A stretch of DNA of 64,000 bases from contig NC_058368.1 of NCBI RefSeq assembly GCF_018350175.1, forward strand, positions 179,306,001-179,370,000, in the 5' to 3' direction. The translations under genes were made by a program, and so were the position numbers. The stretch is from Felis catus. Its lineage: Eukaryota. Positions 14,145-27,880 of this stretch are shown one piece after another; within the stretch, counting starts at the first letter, position 1; every line of letters starts with the position of its first letter. The notes under the pieces were generated by a model that ran no database searches, was not told the origin of the DNA, and saw only the letters and a program-made list of their open reading frames with translations.

Positions 14145-14340
14145 CATTTACTGAGTATCTATCATGGTTCTGGAGCATACTAAGTGTTTTTCATATATTA
14201 TCTCTTCTAATTTAATCCTTACTACATCCATGAGATAGGGATCCTCATATGTGAAGAAACTCAGGCTCAGAATAGTTAAAGACATACACAAGGTCACATA
14301 TCTAGTTAATAGCAGAGCTAGAATTTCACTCACTGCCTGT
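14145..14340 (-). mobile_element. MIR SINE
   Basis: ATTTACTGAGTATCTATCATG...GAAGAAACTCAGGCTCAGAATAGTTAAAGACATACACAAGGTCACATATCTAG antisense MIR core. Confidence 0.75.
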
Positions 14341-14383
14341 CAAACCTTGTCCATTGCCCACCCCCACTCCCCACCTACAATGT

Positions 14384-14447
14384 TTTTTTGTTTTGTTTTG
14401 TTTTTGTTTTGTTTTGTTTTTGTTTTGTTTTATTTTGTTTTGTTTTG
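14384..14447. repeat. (TTTTG)n simple repeat
   Basis: Seen directly. Confidence 0.9.
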
Positions 14448-14889
14448 CCTAGACATCCTGTTAAGCATTCCAGGTCTCCTTTTGGCTGAGAACTGCAGCA
14501 TTTGCCTTGCTTTTAGTAAACTGCCCAGGTAGATTTAGAGCTGCCATCTATGGGGTGGCTCTGACTATATCTTTTATGCTGAACTCTCTGTTAGAGATGG
14601 TCTGTCTTGACTTTCTTCCCTTCCCATCCAACAGAAAGAGGGACCTCAAAACACCTGTCATTATGCCCATGACTGAAAAGATTAATGTTCAAGGCCATTC
14701 TCTTAACATAAAATTGTTCCATGGACTCCAGTTATATTATAGATTTAAGCTATATCCTTACTTGAGGCTCTTACTTTTCACCTTAAGGCTACCTTTTGAT
14801 CTTTACACCATATGTTGAAACTGATCTCTCAGGCAGACAGTTTTATAGCTGATGAGTATTGAAAAGTATCTTTTGGAGAGGTCCTAGCA

Positions 14890-15140
14890 ATGGAATATAG
14901 TAGTTATGCACATAAGCTCTGGGATCTGATTGCCCTGGTTAGTATTTGAGCACTACTTTACTACTAAGTCATCTTGGGTGAGTTTCTTGATCTCTTTATG
15001 TTATGCTTTCCTCATATAAAAAGAGGAAAATATAAGAACACCTACATAATGGATTTGTTGTTAGGATCAAATAACTTAAAACATATAATGAAGTTACAAC
15101 AGTGTCTGGCCCACAGTAAGTACTCAAAAATCTTAAATCT
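14890..15140 (+). mobile_element. MIR SINE
   Basis: CATAAGCTCTGGGATCTGATTGCCCTGG...TCTTGGGTGAGTTTCTTGATCTC...TTTCCTCATATAAAA...CAGTGTCTGGCCCACAGTAAGTACTCAA. Confidence 0.7.
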
Positions 15141-15239
15141 AAGTTATATTGATAGTGTAAGAGTTTGTAGAATTGTCTTTATCCTTTATTTTATCCTGGG
15201 TAATTTTTACAAAATGTGCATATGTATATAATTTATGGA

Positions 15240-15790
15240 GATTTTTAGTTTACAAAAGAGAAAAATTCAACCAAACTGGTTTATAGATGGAAAAGAAGTT
15301 ATTGACTCTTAAAGATCAAGCAGTTCACAGACAAACCAGCTTCCGATATGGCTTGATCCAGGGACCAAAGGTGAGGACTCCAGAATTCAGTATGTCTCTC
15401 TACATTTCTCAGCTATGTTGCCTTGGTGTTATTTCCATTCTTGGTAGCTCTTTTCTTGTGTTTGAAAGTTGACTGTCATCAACCTTTGGAGCTGCATGCT
15501 TCTATGTTGAAATCCAGTGAAAAAGAGTGAGCATCTTTATCCTAGCATTTCCAGAAAACATTCTAGGGTCTACTCTCATTGGACTAAGTCAGTCTATGTG
15601 CTCATCTTTGATTTGATATCTGATGCCATTTTGGCCAGATCTGGATCATTCACCCCATTTTTGAATTAAGGGTAGAGTTGACTCCACTGGAAGTACATGG
15701 ACTGAATGTGGGGGGAATTGGGGAATAGCTACCAGAACAAAGATAAAAAAAATATTCCAGACAGCAAAATAATAGATGCTCACAGCATGA
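15240..15790 (-). mobile_element. Old MaLR LTR (MLT1J/K/L-like)
   Basis: AAATTCAACCAAACTGGTTT...TTATTGACTC...CAGCTTCCGATATGGCTTGATCCAGGG...CTCTCATTGGACTAAG pattern typical of antisense old MLT1. A similar copy lies at ~18085-18560. Confidence 0.55.
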
Positions 15791-16312
15791 ATGCTTTTTA
15801 ATAGATTTGGAGTACTTTGTACCTATGGGAACTCTAGTACATATTACTCAGTTCACTGAGTGTCCAAATACATTATGTTTGATGACTAATTATTTCTAGC
15901 ATTATATAAAAGATAGCACTAATGTAATAGAGATAGTGGGTCTCCTAAAAGAACCAAGTAGACATATGGTAACATGTACAATGCTGAGGTATGAAAGATG
16001 TTCAAATTTTGGTTCCTAAGAATGGAGAAGAACTCTTAAACTATTCCTTTATTTATTATAATCTCTACCCTCCACCTGCAAAAGGGGGAGTTATGGCTAC
16101 CGTTGGCCACATTAGGTAAAGTCCCTGTACACAGATCATTAGGAAGTTTTTCTCCTCTCCTCTGGGGTGGTATACTGGCTTAGTCCTGCTACATTGGAAG
16201 AAGGCCTAGCCATCTCTCTGGGTGCTTATTTTCTACTAGAGCCTAAGAATGCCAAGTTAAGCTTTGGGTACTGAAAAATTTGCAGAGATAAGCATTAAAA
16301 CTGGTTAGGCTT

Positions 16313-16536
16313 GGGGCACCTGGGTGGCTTAGTTGGTTAAGCATCCGACTTCGGCTCAGGTCATGATCTTGTGGTTTGTGAGTTTGAGCCCCATATTGGG
16401 CTCTGTGCTGATAGCTCAGAGCCTGGAGCCAGCTTCAGATTCTGTGTCTCTCTCTGCCCCTCTCTCGCTTGCACTTCTGTTTCTCTCTCTCTCTTTCTCT
16501 CAAAAGTAAATAAACATTAAAAATAAACAAAATTTA
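16313..16536 (+). mobile_element. CanSINE (SINEC_Fc-like)
   Basis: GGGGCACCTGGGTGGCTTAGTTGG head with A/B boxes, (CT)n tract and A-tail. Degenerate TSD AAAACTGGTTAGGCTT / AAAATATGGTTAGGTTT. Confidence 0.93.
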
Positions 16537-19490
16537 AAAATATGGTTAGGTTTATTGAGACAGAAAAGCCTTTCTACTGACTTGTACTCCATTCAGAGCT
16601 GCTTCATTTTGTTATATAGGAGCTCTCTCTAGATTCATTCCTGGCTTCCTTGAATTCTGCTTTGGCATTTGGGGTCAAAGCCCCAGTACTTTATCTTCTT
16701 TGTTTAATAGATCCCTTGTAATCTTTATAAAATAAGTAGTGGTATACTCAAGGCAAGAATTCAGGTAGTACTAGAGCCTCTGGTTAAAATACCATCATAA
16801 TATCTTTATACCACCACTTCATTGCACCTAATTATACATTCCAAACACAACTTTTGAGATCATTTAGATGTAATATTATTGTCTTTAAACTCCAGAATTA
16901 AAGGCCCAAGGAACGAATAAAAGGGAAATCAAAGGCACATTATATTGCTCATACACTTGAAGAATATAGATCAGTAGTCTGAGCTGGGCTGTCAAAACTT
17001 CTTGTTAAGAACAAAGGAATCTGTCTCAGAAAACCAAACTTGAGTAAAACCACTTAATGGAACAAACTGTTTACTAATACGATTTTCATGGGAGGAATCT
17101 GGCCCTAGCTCAAAATTTTATTTAGTACAAACTAATCTACTAAGGGGATTTGTTTTCTTAACCCAAAGCCTGAAAATCATTTTTGTGAAGCTCACCACTG
17201 TATATAGTGTGACTGTTGTGCATTTTCCTCATTAGGAGAAAGAGTGGAAAATATCAAATCTTGTCAAATGAAGCAAAGGAAAGAAATTAGACTTTCATTT
17301 GTAGGAGAGAAAATAACACCCCAGGGATTGAAATGCCTGCTCTGTATTACTAGGCAGTCTCTAATTGAGCCCTCCTTCAAAAATCCAACTTCACAACTTA
17401 TGTCTTAGAAATTCCCTTTAATTTAAAGTACTCAACAGTTTAGCATCTGAGAATGTCCCCTTCTGAGCTGTAAGGACTAATGATCAAAAGGAAACCTGTG
17501 AGGTATAAAGATAGTTAACTTCTCTCATGTGAGTTCAGTGATTTAGAAGAGATTGATATGCCAGGTTTTTTTTTTTTTAATGACCTTTCCCGCATGTGGC
17601 CTCTCTGATTCCCATAATAACACTTTGTTTATACAGATAATTTTCTCTCCAGCAGGAGCTCTTACATGCTTTAATAACCCTTTCTCATAAATCAACTCAG
17701 TGCCCTGTAAAGTTTGATGAGGTACAGGGGCTAGGAAGGGTTTCCCTCAAGTCTGTCAACTGGGGCTCTGATTGCTCTATTGCCCCCTCCTGGACTTCCA
17801 AGTGGGCTGATGTTGGTGTAGGGACCTAGAGGAAGGGTTTAACTGGACAGGACAGTCATGCCACAGTGGCCCAGGGGTGAGTGCAAGCTCTATGATAAAC
17901 AGAGTGTCTGAGAAGGTCCTGTGTGAAGAAGCCAAAATCTGAATTTGGGTTCATATTGAGGAAACCTTGGATCAGAGATTCTCGGGTTGGGTGTTGGTTA
18001 TCTCTTAGGAATGCCATACTTTTTACTGACCCAAGCCTTCATTTAAAAAATAAAATATCTTCACCAGATGATTCAGGTGGATTAGATAGTGTTCTTTTGG
18101 TAACATAAGAGACAGAGCTCAAATTAGCATAGTCACAAAAAAAAAATAGTGAATGATGTTATTGGGACACCCAAAGAAGGGCTTCAGGTACAGTCTGATC
18201 CAGAGAGCTTTTTCTTTTTCTCATTTCTTGGCTTTGGTGTTCTCAGCCAGGCTTTTTACACATAATGAGAAAAAAGGCAATTAGCAGCCTCCTTTTCTGA
18301 GATCTTAATAACTTAGGATCCAAAGGAAGAGAGAGACCTTTTTTTCTCTTGGCATGCCTGTATCAAGCTTCAAGGAATACAGTGACACTGTAATTGATAA
18401 TACCAGCAGAACTACATGGACTCCATGTGAATGAATTTCCCCAAGGCATCAGACAAAGGAGATGCAAAAATCTGCTAGACTGACCCATCTCTGTCAGCTC
18501 TATACTTCTCTTTCCTGTAACCTGCTCTGCCCTGTGACAACCCTCCACACACACATATGCAGGCGTGTATATACAACACACACATACACAGCAAGTATTT
18601 TTGCAGTCCTGGCTAAAATATTCTGAAAGGATAGCTCATATGATAAAAATAAAAAAATAAATAAATGTGGCATAAGCAACAAATTACAGTTCTTAGGGGT
18701 CTCATTGTAGTACCACAAGAAGTTCTCTAGTACCACTTATTATGTCTGTTTTATTTCACAGACGCTATTTTATGTGTTAGGCACTATTCTAAGTATTTTA
18801 TAAATATTAACTTATTTAATCCTTATAACACCTGGAAATTGAGGCACAGAGTGGCTAAAGCATGTGTACACAGGTAGTGGGAGTCAGAGCTAGGATTTGA
18901 ATCCGGGCAGTCTAGAAAAAGTTCCTTTAAAAAGAACTTAAATGTATTAAATGCACTATCTCCTGCTCATTAGCCCTTGTCCTATTAAAACCACTTCATT
19001 AATGGCTGCTATGTCCTTTGTTTGAACTGCACTTCAGAGTTACCAGAAGGTACATGTCATATGCTGTCCACTCCTCTCACCTAGTACATACAGTAGGATT
19101 GGCATTGCTTGTGACCCAGACAGACCACAGAGATACTATGCAAAGAATCTAACACACAGCAGACTCTCAATATGAATTCATTTATTCTACTGTACCTAGT
19201 TTTGTTTTAGCTAACCTTTCTTGGCTGTTTTATTTATTTATTTTTCTTTTAGTAATTTCAGTCTTTAAAAATACGGAGATCATTGTATCCTATTTGGAAG
19301 AGCCAACACCTTGAGCTTTGAGCAGAGTCAGGAATAGCTTTATGTTCTCATAGAACTATAAATGCCTTTCTTCCCTGTATCCATTAGATCATGGAGTACT
19401 TATTCAGGTAGATAATCCAGCAACTGATATCTCACTCCAGCCCTGAGAGCCTCCCAGACTATAATCCTATGATAAAGGAACTAAACCATT

Positions 19491-19950
19491 TGTACTGGGT
19501 TGAATAATATCACCCCACCCCCCCCACCCCCCCACTGCCAAATTCATGACTATCTGGAATCAGAACGTGACCTTATTTGGAAATAGGGTCTTTGCAGATA
19601 CAATTAGTTAAGAAGAGGTCATACTAGATTAGAGGGGGCCCTAAACCAAATAACTGGTGTCCTTATAAGAAGGCCACATGAAGATACAGACGCAGAGAGG
19701 GAGGAGGGCTATGTGAAAACAGAGGGAGTGATACAGCTACAACCAAGGAATGCCAAGAATCTCTGGCAACCACCAGGAACTAAAAGAGGCAAGGAAGTAT
19801 TCCTCTCTAGAATCCTTGGAGAGGGTGTGGCCCTCCTGATGCCTTGATTTCAGACTTCTATCCTGTACACACTGTGACAGGATAAGTTTCTGTTGTTTGA
19901 AGCTACCCAGTTTGTAGTAATTTGGTATAGCAGCCCCGGAAGCTAATGCA
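19491..19950 (+). mobile_element. MaLR solo LTR (MLT1C/B-like)
   Basis: TG...CA termini; GTGACCTTATTTGGAAATAGGGTCTTTGCAGAT and TTCTGTTGTTTGAAGCTACCCAGTTTGTAGTAATTTG hallmarks. Confidence 0.85.
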
Positions 19951-19959
19951 CGCTTTGTG

Positions 19960-20542
19960 CTAATTATTTTCTCAAAGTTTCAAGTACTCCTTCCTAGACT
20001 CTGCTCTGTGATGCTGGGACTGGTACTCTGAAACCAGGTTTATGCTTTGCCAGAAGCTTCCTGTTAAGTTCTGCCAATGTGGGCCCTAGATGGAAACTTC
20101 AGAATTGGGGAGAGTTATGGGGTAAGGTTCTTCCTGTTTGGTCCTCTTCTGATCTGTGTTAGTACTGTAATGCTTCTTCACCCTAGTGTGGACAGTTGAT
20201 TCCAGTAGCAGCAGTTTTCTCCATCCTGTCCTCTCAAAAGTAGCCTCATTGACCTCCCCACCCAAGAAATCAGTATCAGTATTCTGACTTCCCCACAGTA
20301 ATCATCAGGGTTCCAGGTTCTAGGAGATCCTCCTCTAAGCTTCTACATTGTAATAATCCAACCCCCTATCTTTCTTTGTTCCCGCAGCCCTACGGGTGGC
20401 AGATGCAGTTAGTATCTGTGTCATATTTAACTCTTCTCTTTTTGCTCTTTCAGTTCTTAGTACCTAGCTAACAAGTCTTTATATTTCACTCTTAAAATCA
20501 CCAATGTGGTTTCTGTTTCCTAACTGGACTCTGACTGATGCA
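19960..20542 (+). mobile_element. ERVL solo LTR (LTR33/LTR41-like)
   Basis: CTCTGCTCTGTGATGCTGGGACTGG...TTTGCCAGAAGCTTCCTGTTAAGTTCTGCCAAT; ends GTGGTTTCTGTTTCCTAACTGGACTCTGACTGATGCA. Confidence 0.55.
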
Positions 20543-20694
20543 GCCTATAGTCCTTGGCTTAATCCTCCCTGTTTGTTCAAATTAGCTATGGGGAGGCAGA
20601 CCAATCAGGAGGGTTGGAAGCAGTAACACTAAGACCTGACTATAATGCCTTAACCCAAAGTACTTCTTTTTTTTTTTTTTTTCAATTAGGACTT

Positions 20695-20934
20695 TTTTTT
20701 TTTTAAATGTTTTCTTAATGTTTATTTATTTTTGAAGGACAGAGAGAGATAAAGCATGAGTGGTGGCGGGTGGGGGGGGGGGAGCAGAGAGAGAGGGAGA
20801 CACAAAATCTGAAGCAGGCTCCAGGCTCTGATCTGTCAGCACAGAGCCCAACGTGGGGTTCAAACCCACAGACTGTGAGATCATGACCTGAGCTGAAGTT
20901 GGACGCCTAACTGACTGAGCCAGCCAGGCACTCC
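20695..20934 (-). mobile_element. CanSINE inserted at the tail of an old L1
   Basis: Antisense SINE with approximate TSD AGGACTTTTTT / AAGACTTTATT. Confidence 0.92.
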
Positions 20935-21620
20935 AAGACTTTATTTTTTTAGAGCAGTTTTAGGTTCACAGTAAAACTGCAGGGAAGGTACAGAGAGTTC
21001 CCTTATACCTCCTGTTGCCTCTTACACAGCCTCCCCCATTACCAACTTCCCACACCAGAGCAGGACATTTGTTACAACTGATGAAACTGCATTGACACAT
21101 GGTAATCACACAAGATCCATAGTTTACCTGAGGGTTCACTCTTGGTTTTGGACATTTTGTGGGTATGGACAAACGTATAATGACATATATCCAGCACTAA
21201 AATATCATACATAGTATTTTCACTGCCCTACAAATTCTCTGTGCTCTGCCATTTATTCTATTCCCTGTCCACTGCCATCCACAACCACTGATCTTTTTAC
21301 TGTTCCCATAGTTTTACCTTTTCCAGAATGTCATATAGTCGGAATCACAGAGTGGCCTTTTCACATTGGCTTCTTTCATGTAGTAATATGCATTTAAAAT
21401 TCCCCCATGTCTTTTTATGGATTGATAGCTCATATCTTTTTGGTGCTTAGTAATACCCCATTGCCTGGATATACTGCTGTTTATCCACTCACCTACTGAA
21501 GGACATCTTGGTTACTTTCAAGGTTTATCAATTATGAATAAGTGTGCTATAAACATCTTTGTCCAGGTTTTTGTGTAGACGTATGTTTTCAACTCCTTTG
21601 GGTTAAATACAAAGGAGCAC
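20935..21620 (-). mobile_element. Old L1 3' end (L1MC/L1MD-like)
   Basis: TTTTAGAGCAGTTTTAGGTTCACAGTAAAACTG...TTTATCCACTCACCTACTGAAGGACATCTTGG...GCTATAAACATC antisense L1 3'UTR and ORF2 end. Confidence 0.8.
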
Positions 21621-21862
21621 CAAAGTCATTTTTTATGAGGATATCCAGAAGCCGGCTCTCCCTATTGGTTAATTCAGTGACTCAAGGCTATGGTATCATG
21701 ACTGGCACAAAAGCTTTTTTCCTTTTTTGCCTCTACCACTTTGGTGAGTTGGTAATACCAGCTGTCATGGCTGTGGGATGGCTGCAAAAGTTCTAGATGT
21801 CACATGGAGAAGTGAGGACATGTAGTGAGGAAAAGTGGCATGCTTCCTCCTGCATACCTTTT

Positions 21863-22067
21863 TAAAAAATGTTTATGTATTTACTTTGAAAGAGACGGGC
21901 AGGGGGAAGGGGCAGAGAGAGAGAGGGAGAGAGAGAATCCCAAGCAGGCTCCACTCTGTCAGCACAGAGCCCGATGCAGGGCTTGATCCCATGAACCATG
22001 AGGTCATGCATAACCTGAGCCAAAATCCAGAGCCAGAAGCTTAACCGACTAAGCCACCCAGGCACCC
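21863..22067 (-). mobile_element. CanSINE, full length
   Basis: Antisense SINE ending ...CCACCCAGGCACCCC, flanked by CTGCATACCTT repeats, within an MLT1-like LTR (~21620-22350). Confidence 0.92.
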
Positions 22068-22080
22068 CCTGCATACCTTC

Positions 22081-22200
22081 TTTAAAAATGTTTATTCATT
22101 TATTTTTAAAGGGAGAGAGTGTGTGTACACATGAGCATGGGAGAGGCAGAGAGAGAGGGAGAGAGAGAATCCCAAGCAGGCTCTGCACTATCAGCACAGA
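22081..22200 (-). mobile_element. CanSINE, 5'-truncated
   Basis: Tail, (GA)n and GAATCCCAAGCAGGCTCTGCACTATCAGCACAGA, then an abrupt return to CCTTCTGCATACCTTTT. Confidence 0.88.
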
Positions 22201-23715
22201 CCTTCTGCATACCTTTTATTAGCGAGTAAAATGTTTATAGAAGCCCCTAACAAATCCCCCTCAGGGCTTATTGACCAGAATTGGAACACACATCTGTACT
22301 GTATCTAGGATAGGTGTCAAAAGTGAGCATTTGGTATTTGAGGCCATGTATATGAATGAGGGGTAGTCACTTCCATCTTCCTTCACCTGACAAAACTTCT
22401 CTAAAATGAGCCTCATTTTCCTTGTCTATTAAGTAGGGATAATAATAACTATCCATACAGGGGTTTTACAGGAACTAAATGAGGTAGGGGCTAAAATGTT
22501 TCCACCATAACATGTGCATTTAGTGCACATTCTATAGAAACAGACTTGCCCAACTATTACCTAACTTTTGTCCCAGGGGTACCCTATACAGTCAGGAAGC
22601 TGCTCTTGGTTGACTGAGGTATATCTGGGAAGTCAGAGTTCAAAACTCCTGCTGTAGCTCATGGGTGTTCCATTTACATGGCCCTTCCCCCCCCCCCCCC
22701 TTTTTTTGAGTGCTGTCACCTGTGGTATATTGTTAGTCACAAAAACTGTGTGAGGAAGCCATCATCACCCTCAAATGTAGGGTTGAAGCACTGAGAAGGA
22801 AAGAGTTTCTGATGAGTTTATCAGTATGACTTTTAAGTCCAGAGTTGTGGGGGCCATTCTTCCTTTGAGGATGAATCTACGTGTCCACAGAGATTTTACC
22901 ACAAATAACATAGATCCCCATTCTATGGTAATGGAGTTTTCGGCTCAAGTCTGAACCAGTAAATTTTTCTTAAGGCTTCCTGGGAGAAACATGTCTGCAC
23001 ATAGTTGCAAATGTATTCATCTGTAGCCTAAGGCATTGTATTTCTATCTCTGCATTTTTATTTTGACTTCTACTCTCCCCAGCCTTGTTCATCCACACAA
23101 AGGACCTCTTTGAATCCTTTCTGCTTGTGTTTAATTCACTAGCATATTAGAAGCATCAAGGAAAAAAAAAGGAGGCTGTTGGATCTGGGACAATGCATTC
23201 TGAGTAATGGAGAATGTGCTGTGTTATGGCCCAGGGCAGCCCCCAAGACAGAAAGCTCCTCAGCTTGTTTCTAGGACCATTTGGGCATCTTCATGCTATA
23301 GTCTTGTGGATGTTGGGAGAATTTCTCCTCCGAACAATCAGGAACACTCAACCTTTTCTCCATTTTGCCCTGTTTGTGTTACATAGTATCCCTCCTGACA
23401 TGGACTATTAAGTATACAATCCTCTTTACCGTAGTGTATCAGGAAGCAAAGAATATTCAGATTGGTTAAGTAAGAGGTAAATTACCAATCTCCTTGACTT
23501 CAAACCATCTCTCTGAATCTTGAATTTTGCAAGAGTTCTATAAGGCACTAGTTTCCTCTCCTTACCTTTACTGTGATGGCGGAGACTTCTGTTCTGAGAA
23601 ACACTGTTTTTCCTTTTTAGCCAGGCAGACAGTGTTACAATGGAGTGGTTCTTAAACCACAGTAAAGGTATTAGGTTCTGCCACTTAACATCCTGAAGAA
23701 CTGTTTAAATCCATT

Positions 23716-23717
23716 GT

Positions 23718-23759
<42 letters not shown>

Positions 23760-23766
23760 GAGTGTG
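23716..23766. repeat. (TG)n microsatellite
   Basis: Seen directly. Confidence 0.95.
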
Positions 23767-26049
23767 ATTGCACAGATGTATGATGAGTTGGAGGGTAGGC
23801 AGTAAATGTCACATTTTTCCTTAGGACAATCGGAATTTCTCATTCCCTTACAAATCCTCCATAACAAAAGAGCTGAAATACTCTCTTGCAATTTTTCATG
23901 GGGTGGGGTGCTTAAAAACCTGTTACTAAGTCTCTGGCTATACTTGGAAGGGGACAGAGAGGACAGGAGGTGAAGGGCCCCAGGTTTGTGAGAAACTTCC
24001 CTTCAGTCAGCAGGAAGCTGACTCGTCTACTCTGTGGAACTTGGAGCCCTGCCTGCTCCCTATAGTAGCTGTATGCAGTGTTATCAGGAAGGAAGCTATT
24101 GACAAATGGAGATCAAACTGGCCTTATGGGTGGTAATTCTTATTTTTGTATGTATTCTTGCATGGTGGGTTATCTGGTGAGCTGTCACACCTCCATTTAA
24201 TTTAATGAAAATGCAAACAATATTATGTGAAAGGCAAATCAAAAGCCTTTCAAAGTATTTTGAGGAATGATGGAGACAGAACAACAAATAAAAATAAAGT
24301 ATTTCCTTTTCAGAGAACTGCATATGGAAACTTCTGGAGAAGCAAGAAACAGCCTGACTAGGAACAAAGATTTTCCTCAGGCGTGGATTCTTTTCCCGTC
24401 CCTGAAACTTACCCAGGGATCATGCACAGGTCACTTAACCTCTGACACTTCACAGGGTTAGCTGTTCTTTTTTTGGAATTACAGGATTAAATGCAGGTAC
24501 ATCTTGCTGTGACTGCAGGGACAGCCTGGCATTGGGGAAGGGTGAGAGACAGGTGTTCACTAACAACTGAGTTTTATATTTTGTTTTGTAAGTTGGAAAA
24601 TCTTTTCTACTTCAACACATGATATATTTGTACATGTAAATCTCTGACGTGCATCTCAACATGGGGTGCATGTTACTCCAAAGAAGCAGCATATTTTGAA
24701 ATTCTGGGCTTATGTGGCTTATTTTTAAAGAATCTGAAATGAATTATTCTTTTTTTTATATAAAAAATAATTTAGGGGAAAAGGTCAAACCTCAAACTTC
24801 TCTGTTTTCCTTCCAAAAAAAAAAAAAAGACCCTTCAAAGTTGAATATGAAGTCAAAATTTCTATACTTCTAAATAGGTAACAAGTGCCAAAAAATTAAT
24901 CTAATAGGTTTTCAGACTCAAAAAACATGGTTCTCTGCACAGGAGACAAACTGACGCTCAGTAGATGGAGGAGGGGTAGGTGTAGTGATCAAGGGATTGG
25001 TGTCTATAAGGTTTTCACTTATCCTCAACCTACCTCTGCTATCATCATTCTCACCCCCTGAAACCTGTGACAAATGAATTTTGCTACTAAATTATGACTT
25101 TAACTTTGTTGATTTCTAAGAGTTAAAAATTAGCATTTTTTAAATATTTAGCCTAAACGTATGATGCAATCATAAAAACCATGTTTTAGCCTAGCACTAA
25201 TCTAAGTTGTTTTACTACTAATAAGACAGATAAAACTGCATTTTCATGTCTTATCCTATAGCAAATAATCTGTTGCCTAGTTCAAAAATAGTTTATTCAG
25301 AGAAGGTGTATAGGAATGATCCCCAGGATAAAAAATACTTGATTTTCAGTATTTGCTATTATGACCAATGCTGCTATGGACATTCTTACATGTGCCTTCT
25401 GGCGCAGGGATACAGCAGTTTGGTGTATCAGCCCAAGAGAGGAATTGATGGGAAATAGTAAGTGCAATTGTTTAGTCTTACGAAATAGTGTCCAGTTGTT
25501 TTCTAAAGTGTTTACACTAATTTACACTACTACAAGCAGTTGAGGTGGGTCCACATCCTCAGTGATTCTTCATATTCTCAGACCAGTCAATCTCTGCTAA
25601 CATCCATCTACATATTGATGCAATAATACAGTGAAAAAAGTCAAAAAGATGACATAAGGTATACTATTCTTATAAAGTTCATTAAAAAGACAAAATGAAA
25701 CTGTATTATTTAGGAACACACCCATGAAAGAATTTTTAGAAAGAATCAGTCTAAAACTCAATAATGGTTACTTTGGGGAGTGAAGAGAAGGACAGGGACA
25801 GGATTGGACAGGAGCACACAGATATTGGTAATGTTCTAGCTTTGCTATTCTGCTTCATAACTTACAATACTTTATGTATATTCCTTTGTGTATAAAAACT
25901 ATTTTATAATACTTTGAGAATAAAAAGAAATTTCCCTCCAGCTGGAGGTGGGATACTGAAAATGGCCCAGTGATGTAACAGTGCAACCAAGAAAGGGTGC
26001 AGACACAGGGAATGAAGGATCAGAGCAATAGCATGAAAGGGTGAGTGAG

Positions 26050-26280
26050 GCAGCTTATGTTGGACATTAGCCCTTTTGAATTTGAGTCTTGACTCTGCCA
26101 CTTACCAAGAGTGTGGTTTTGGGGAAGTAATTGAACCACTCAGGCCTGCATTCACCCTCTCTGTAAAATGGAACCAGTGAAGAATTCAAATTTCCTAGGG
26201 TGGTTGTGAGGACTAAATGACAGAATGCAAATAAAGCCCTTATTCTAGAGCTGATACCTTTCAATATTTTAGTATTTGTT
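26050..26280 (+). mobile_element. MIR SINE
   Basis: GACTCTGCCACTTACCAAGAGTGTGGTTTTGGGGAAGTAATTGAACCACTC...CTGTAAAATGG...GGTTGTGAGGACTAAATGA. Confidence 0.75.
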
Positions 26281-27378
26281 TTACAAGAACTCTTGTTGGA
26301 GCTTGGAAGTTTAGAGAAAAGCATGGGTAATTTGCATTTAGATCTTAGGCACCTTTGGGAGGGAAGCCTTTGAAACTTTTCCTCCCAGACACCCAAAAGA
26401 ATCACAATCCATCTGGATGTGGATGATGGAGTGAAGTTGGTGTTTGTCAAGTCCATGGGGCAGGATTATACTCAGAAATCACATCATTTTTGTGGTAGAA
26501 TGAGATGGTGCCTGTGGGCTGGTGGTTAAAAGGGTCTGCAGAGTTGCAGGCACACTAAAACTTGTCCCAATTTATGCATCTAGGTGTCAAGCCACGGTCC
26601 TAGAACAAAAATGGTGGCCATGAATCTAAGCAGACCAGAATTAGACCACCACTATCACCTTGTATCATTAATTTGCAATAGCTGCCACATTTGCGAAGTT
26701 ACCAGGACACTCAGCCGCAGTCATATTTCTTTGTACTGCTGGAATTTCCTTGAATGTTGAGTTGGGCTCTGGCTTTGGTGCATACAGCAGCAGTAAGTAG
26801 GGCATGGAAACATTCCAAGCTTATAACCCTGTTGGGTTATGTATTTCCAGAAAGGCTAGGATTCCAACCAGTCTTCCAGCTCCAACTGAGGCATCTTTGG
26901 CAAACAGGTATCTTTTGGGCAGTGACAGGGAGACGTCAGCCTCAATGTGAGTTTGCAGGTGAGAGCAAGCAGGTCTGTATCTTGGAGCATGATGAGTAAG
27001 CACCACTGGGTTTGTACTTTCTGGACTTTGCAAAGTCAGGGGGAAACCTGCGTGAGGAAAGACAGGGTTTCTCCTCTGAGACTGGACATGAGAGGTCTGA
27101 GTGTTTGCTATACTTTGGCCCACAACTGGTTGGTGAGCTATCCTTATTCAGAACCCAACCTGTAAAACCAGACACTCCAATGAAAATATTTGCATATTGG
27201 TTACAATAAAATGACATCTGCAAAATGTGCAAGCTGCCATCAGCTGAAAACAAGGCCTGCCTTATGCTCTGTCAGCAGGGAACATATTTGTGTCCTCATC
27301 TTGCTTAGATCTTGTGAGATGGAAGAGAAACTCTTTTTGCATGTACACTGGATAACCCAGGACCTAAAGTGATAGTTT

Positions 27379-27590
27379 AAATTTTTTTTAATGTTGTTAT
27401 TTTTGAGAGAGAGACAGAGACAGAGACAGACAGAGCATGAGTGATGGGGGGGCAGAGAGAGAGGGAGACAGAATTTGAAGCAGGCTCAAGGCTTTGAGCT
27501 GTCAAAATGTGAGGCTCAAACTCACGAACTGTGAGATCATGGCCTGAGGCTAAGTCAGATGCTTAACTGACTGAGCCACCCAGGTGCCCC
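27379..27590 (-). mobile_element. CanSINE
   Basis: TSD TAAAGTGATAGTTT at 27365-27378 and 27591-27604. Confidence 0.95.
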
Positions 27591-27880
27591 TAAAGTGATA
27601 GTTTTAAGTCTTCTAAGTTGCATTTAGAAGGGTTTTTTTTAAATTATGTTTGTATAATTTTTTAATCAGATAATATAATAAGCACTCTTATTCCTACAAT
27701 ATAATATTAATAATTCCAACATTTGTTCTACTTGCTAATTTTTTTTTAAAAAGGAAAAACCATTATAAATAGATCAAATTGAAGTTCTCTTTGCTTACAC
27801 ATTCTGTCCCACTGTTCTCTTGCTCTTCTGAACTGTTCAGAGGCAACTGATAATACAAATTAGGAGCATCCTTCCCCTGC

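Noticed and set aside
16313..16400. tRNA-like A/B boxes at SINE heads
   Set aside because: tRNA-derived SINE promoters followed by (CT)n and A tails, not tRNA genes.
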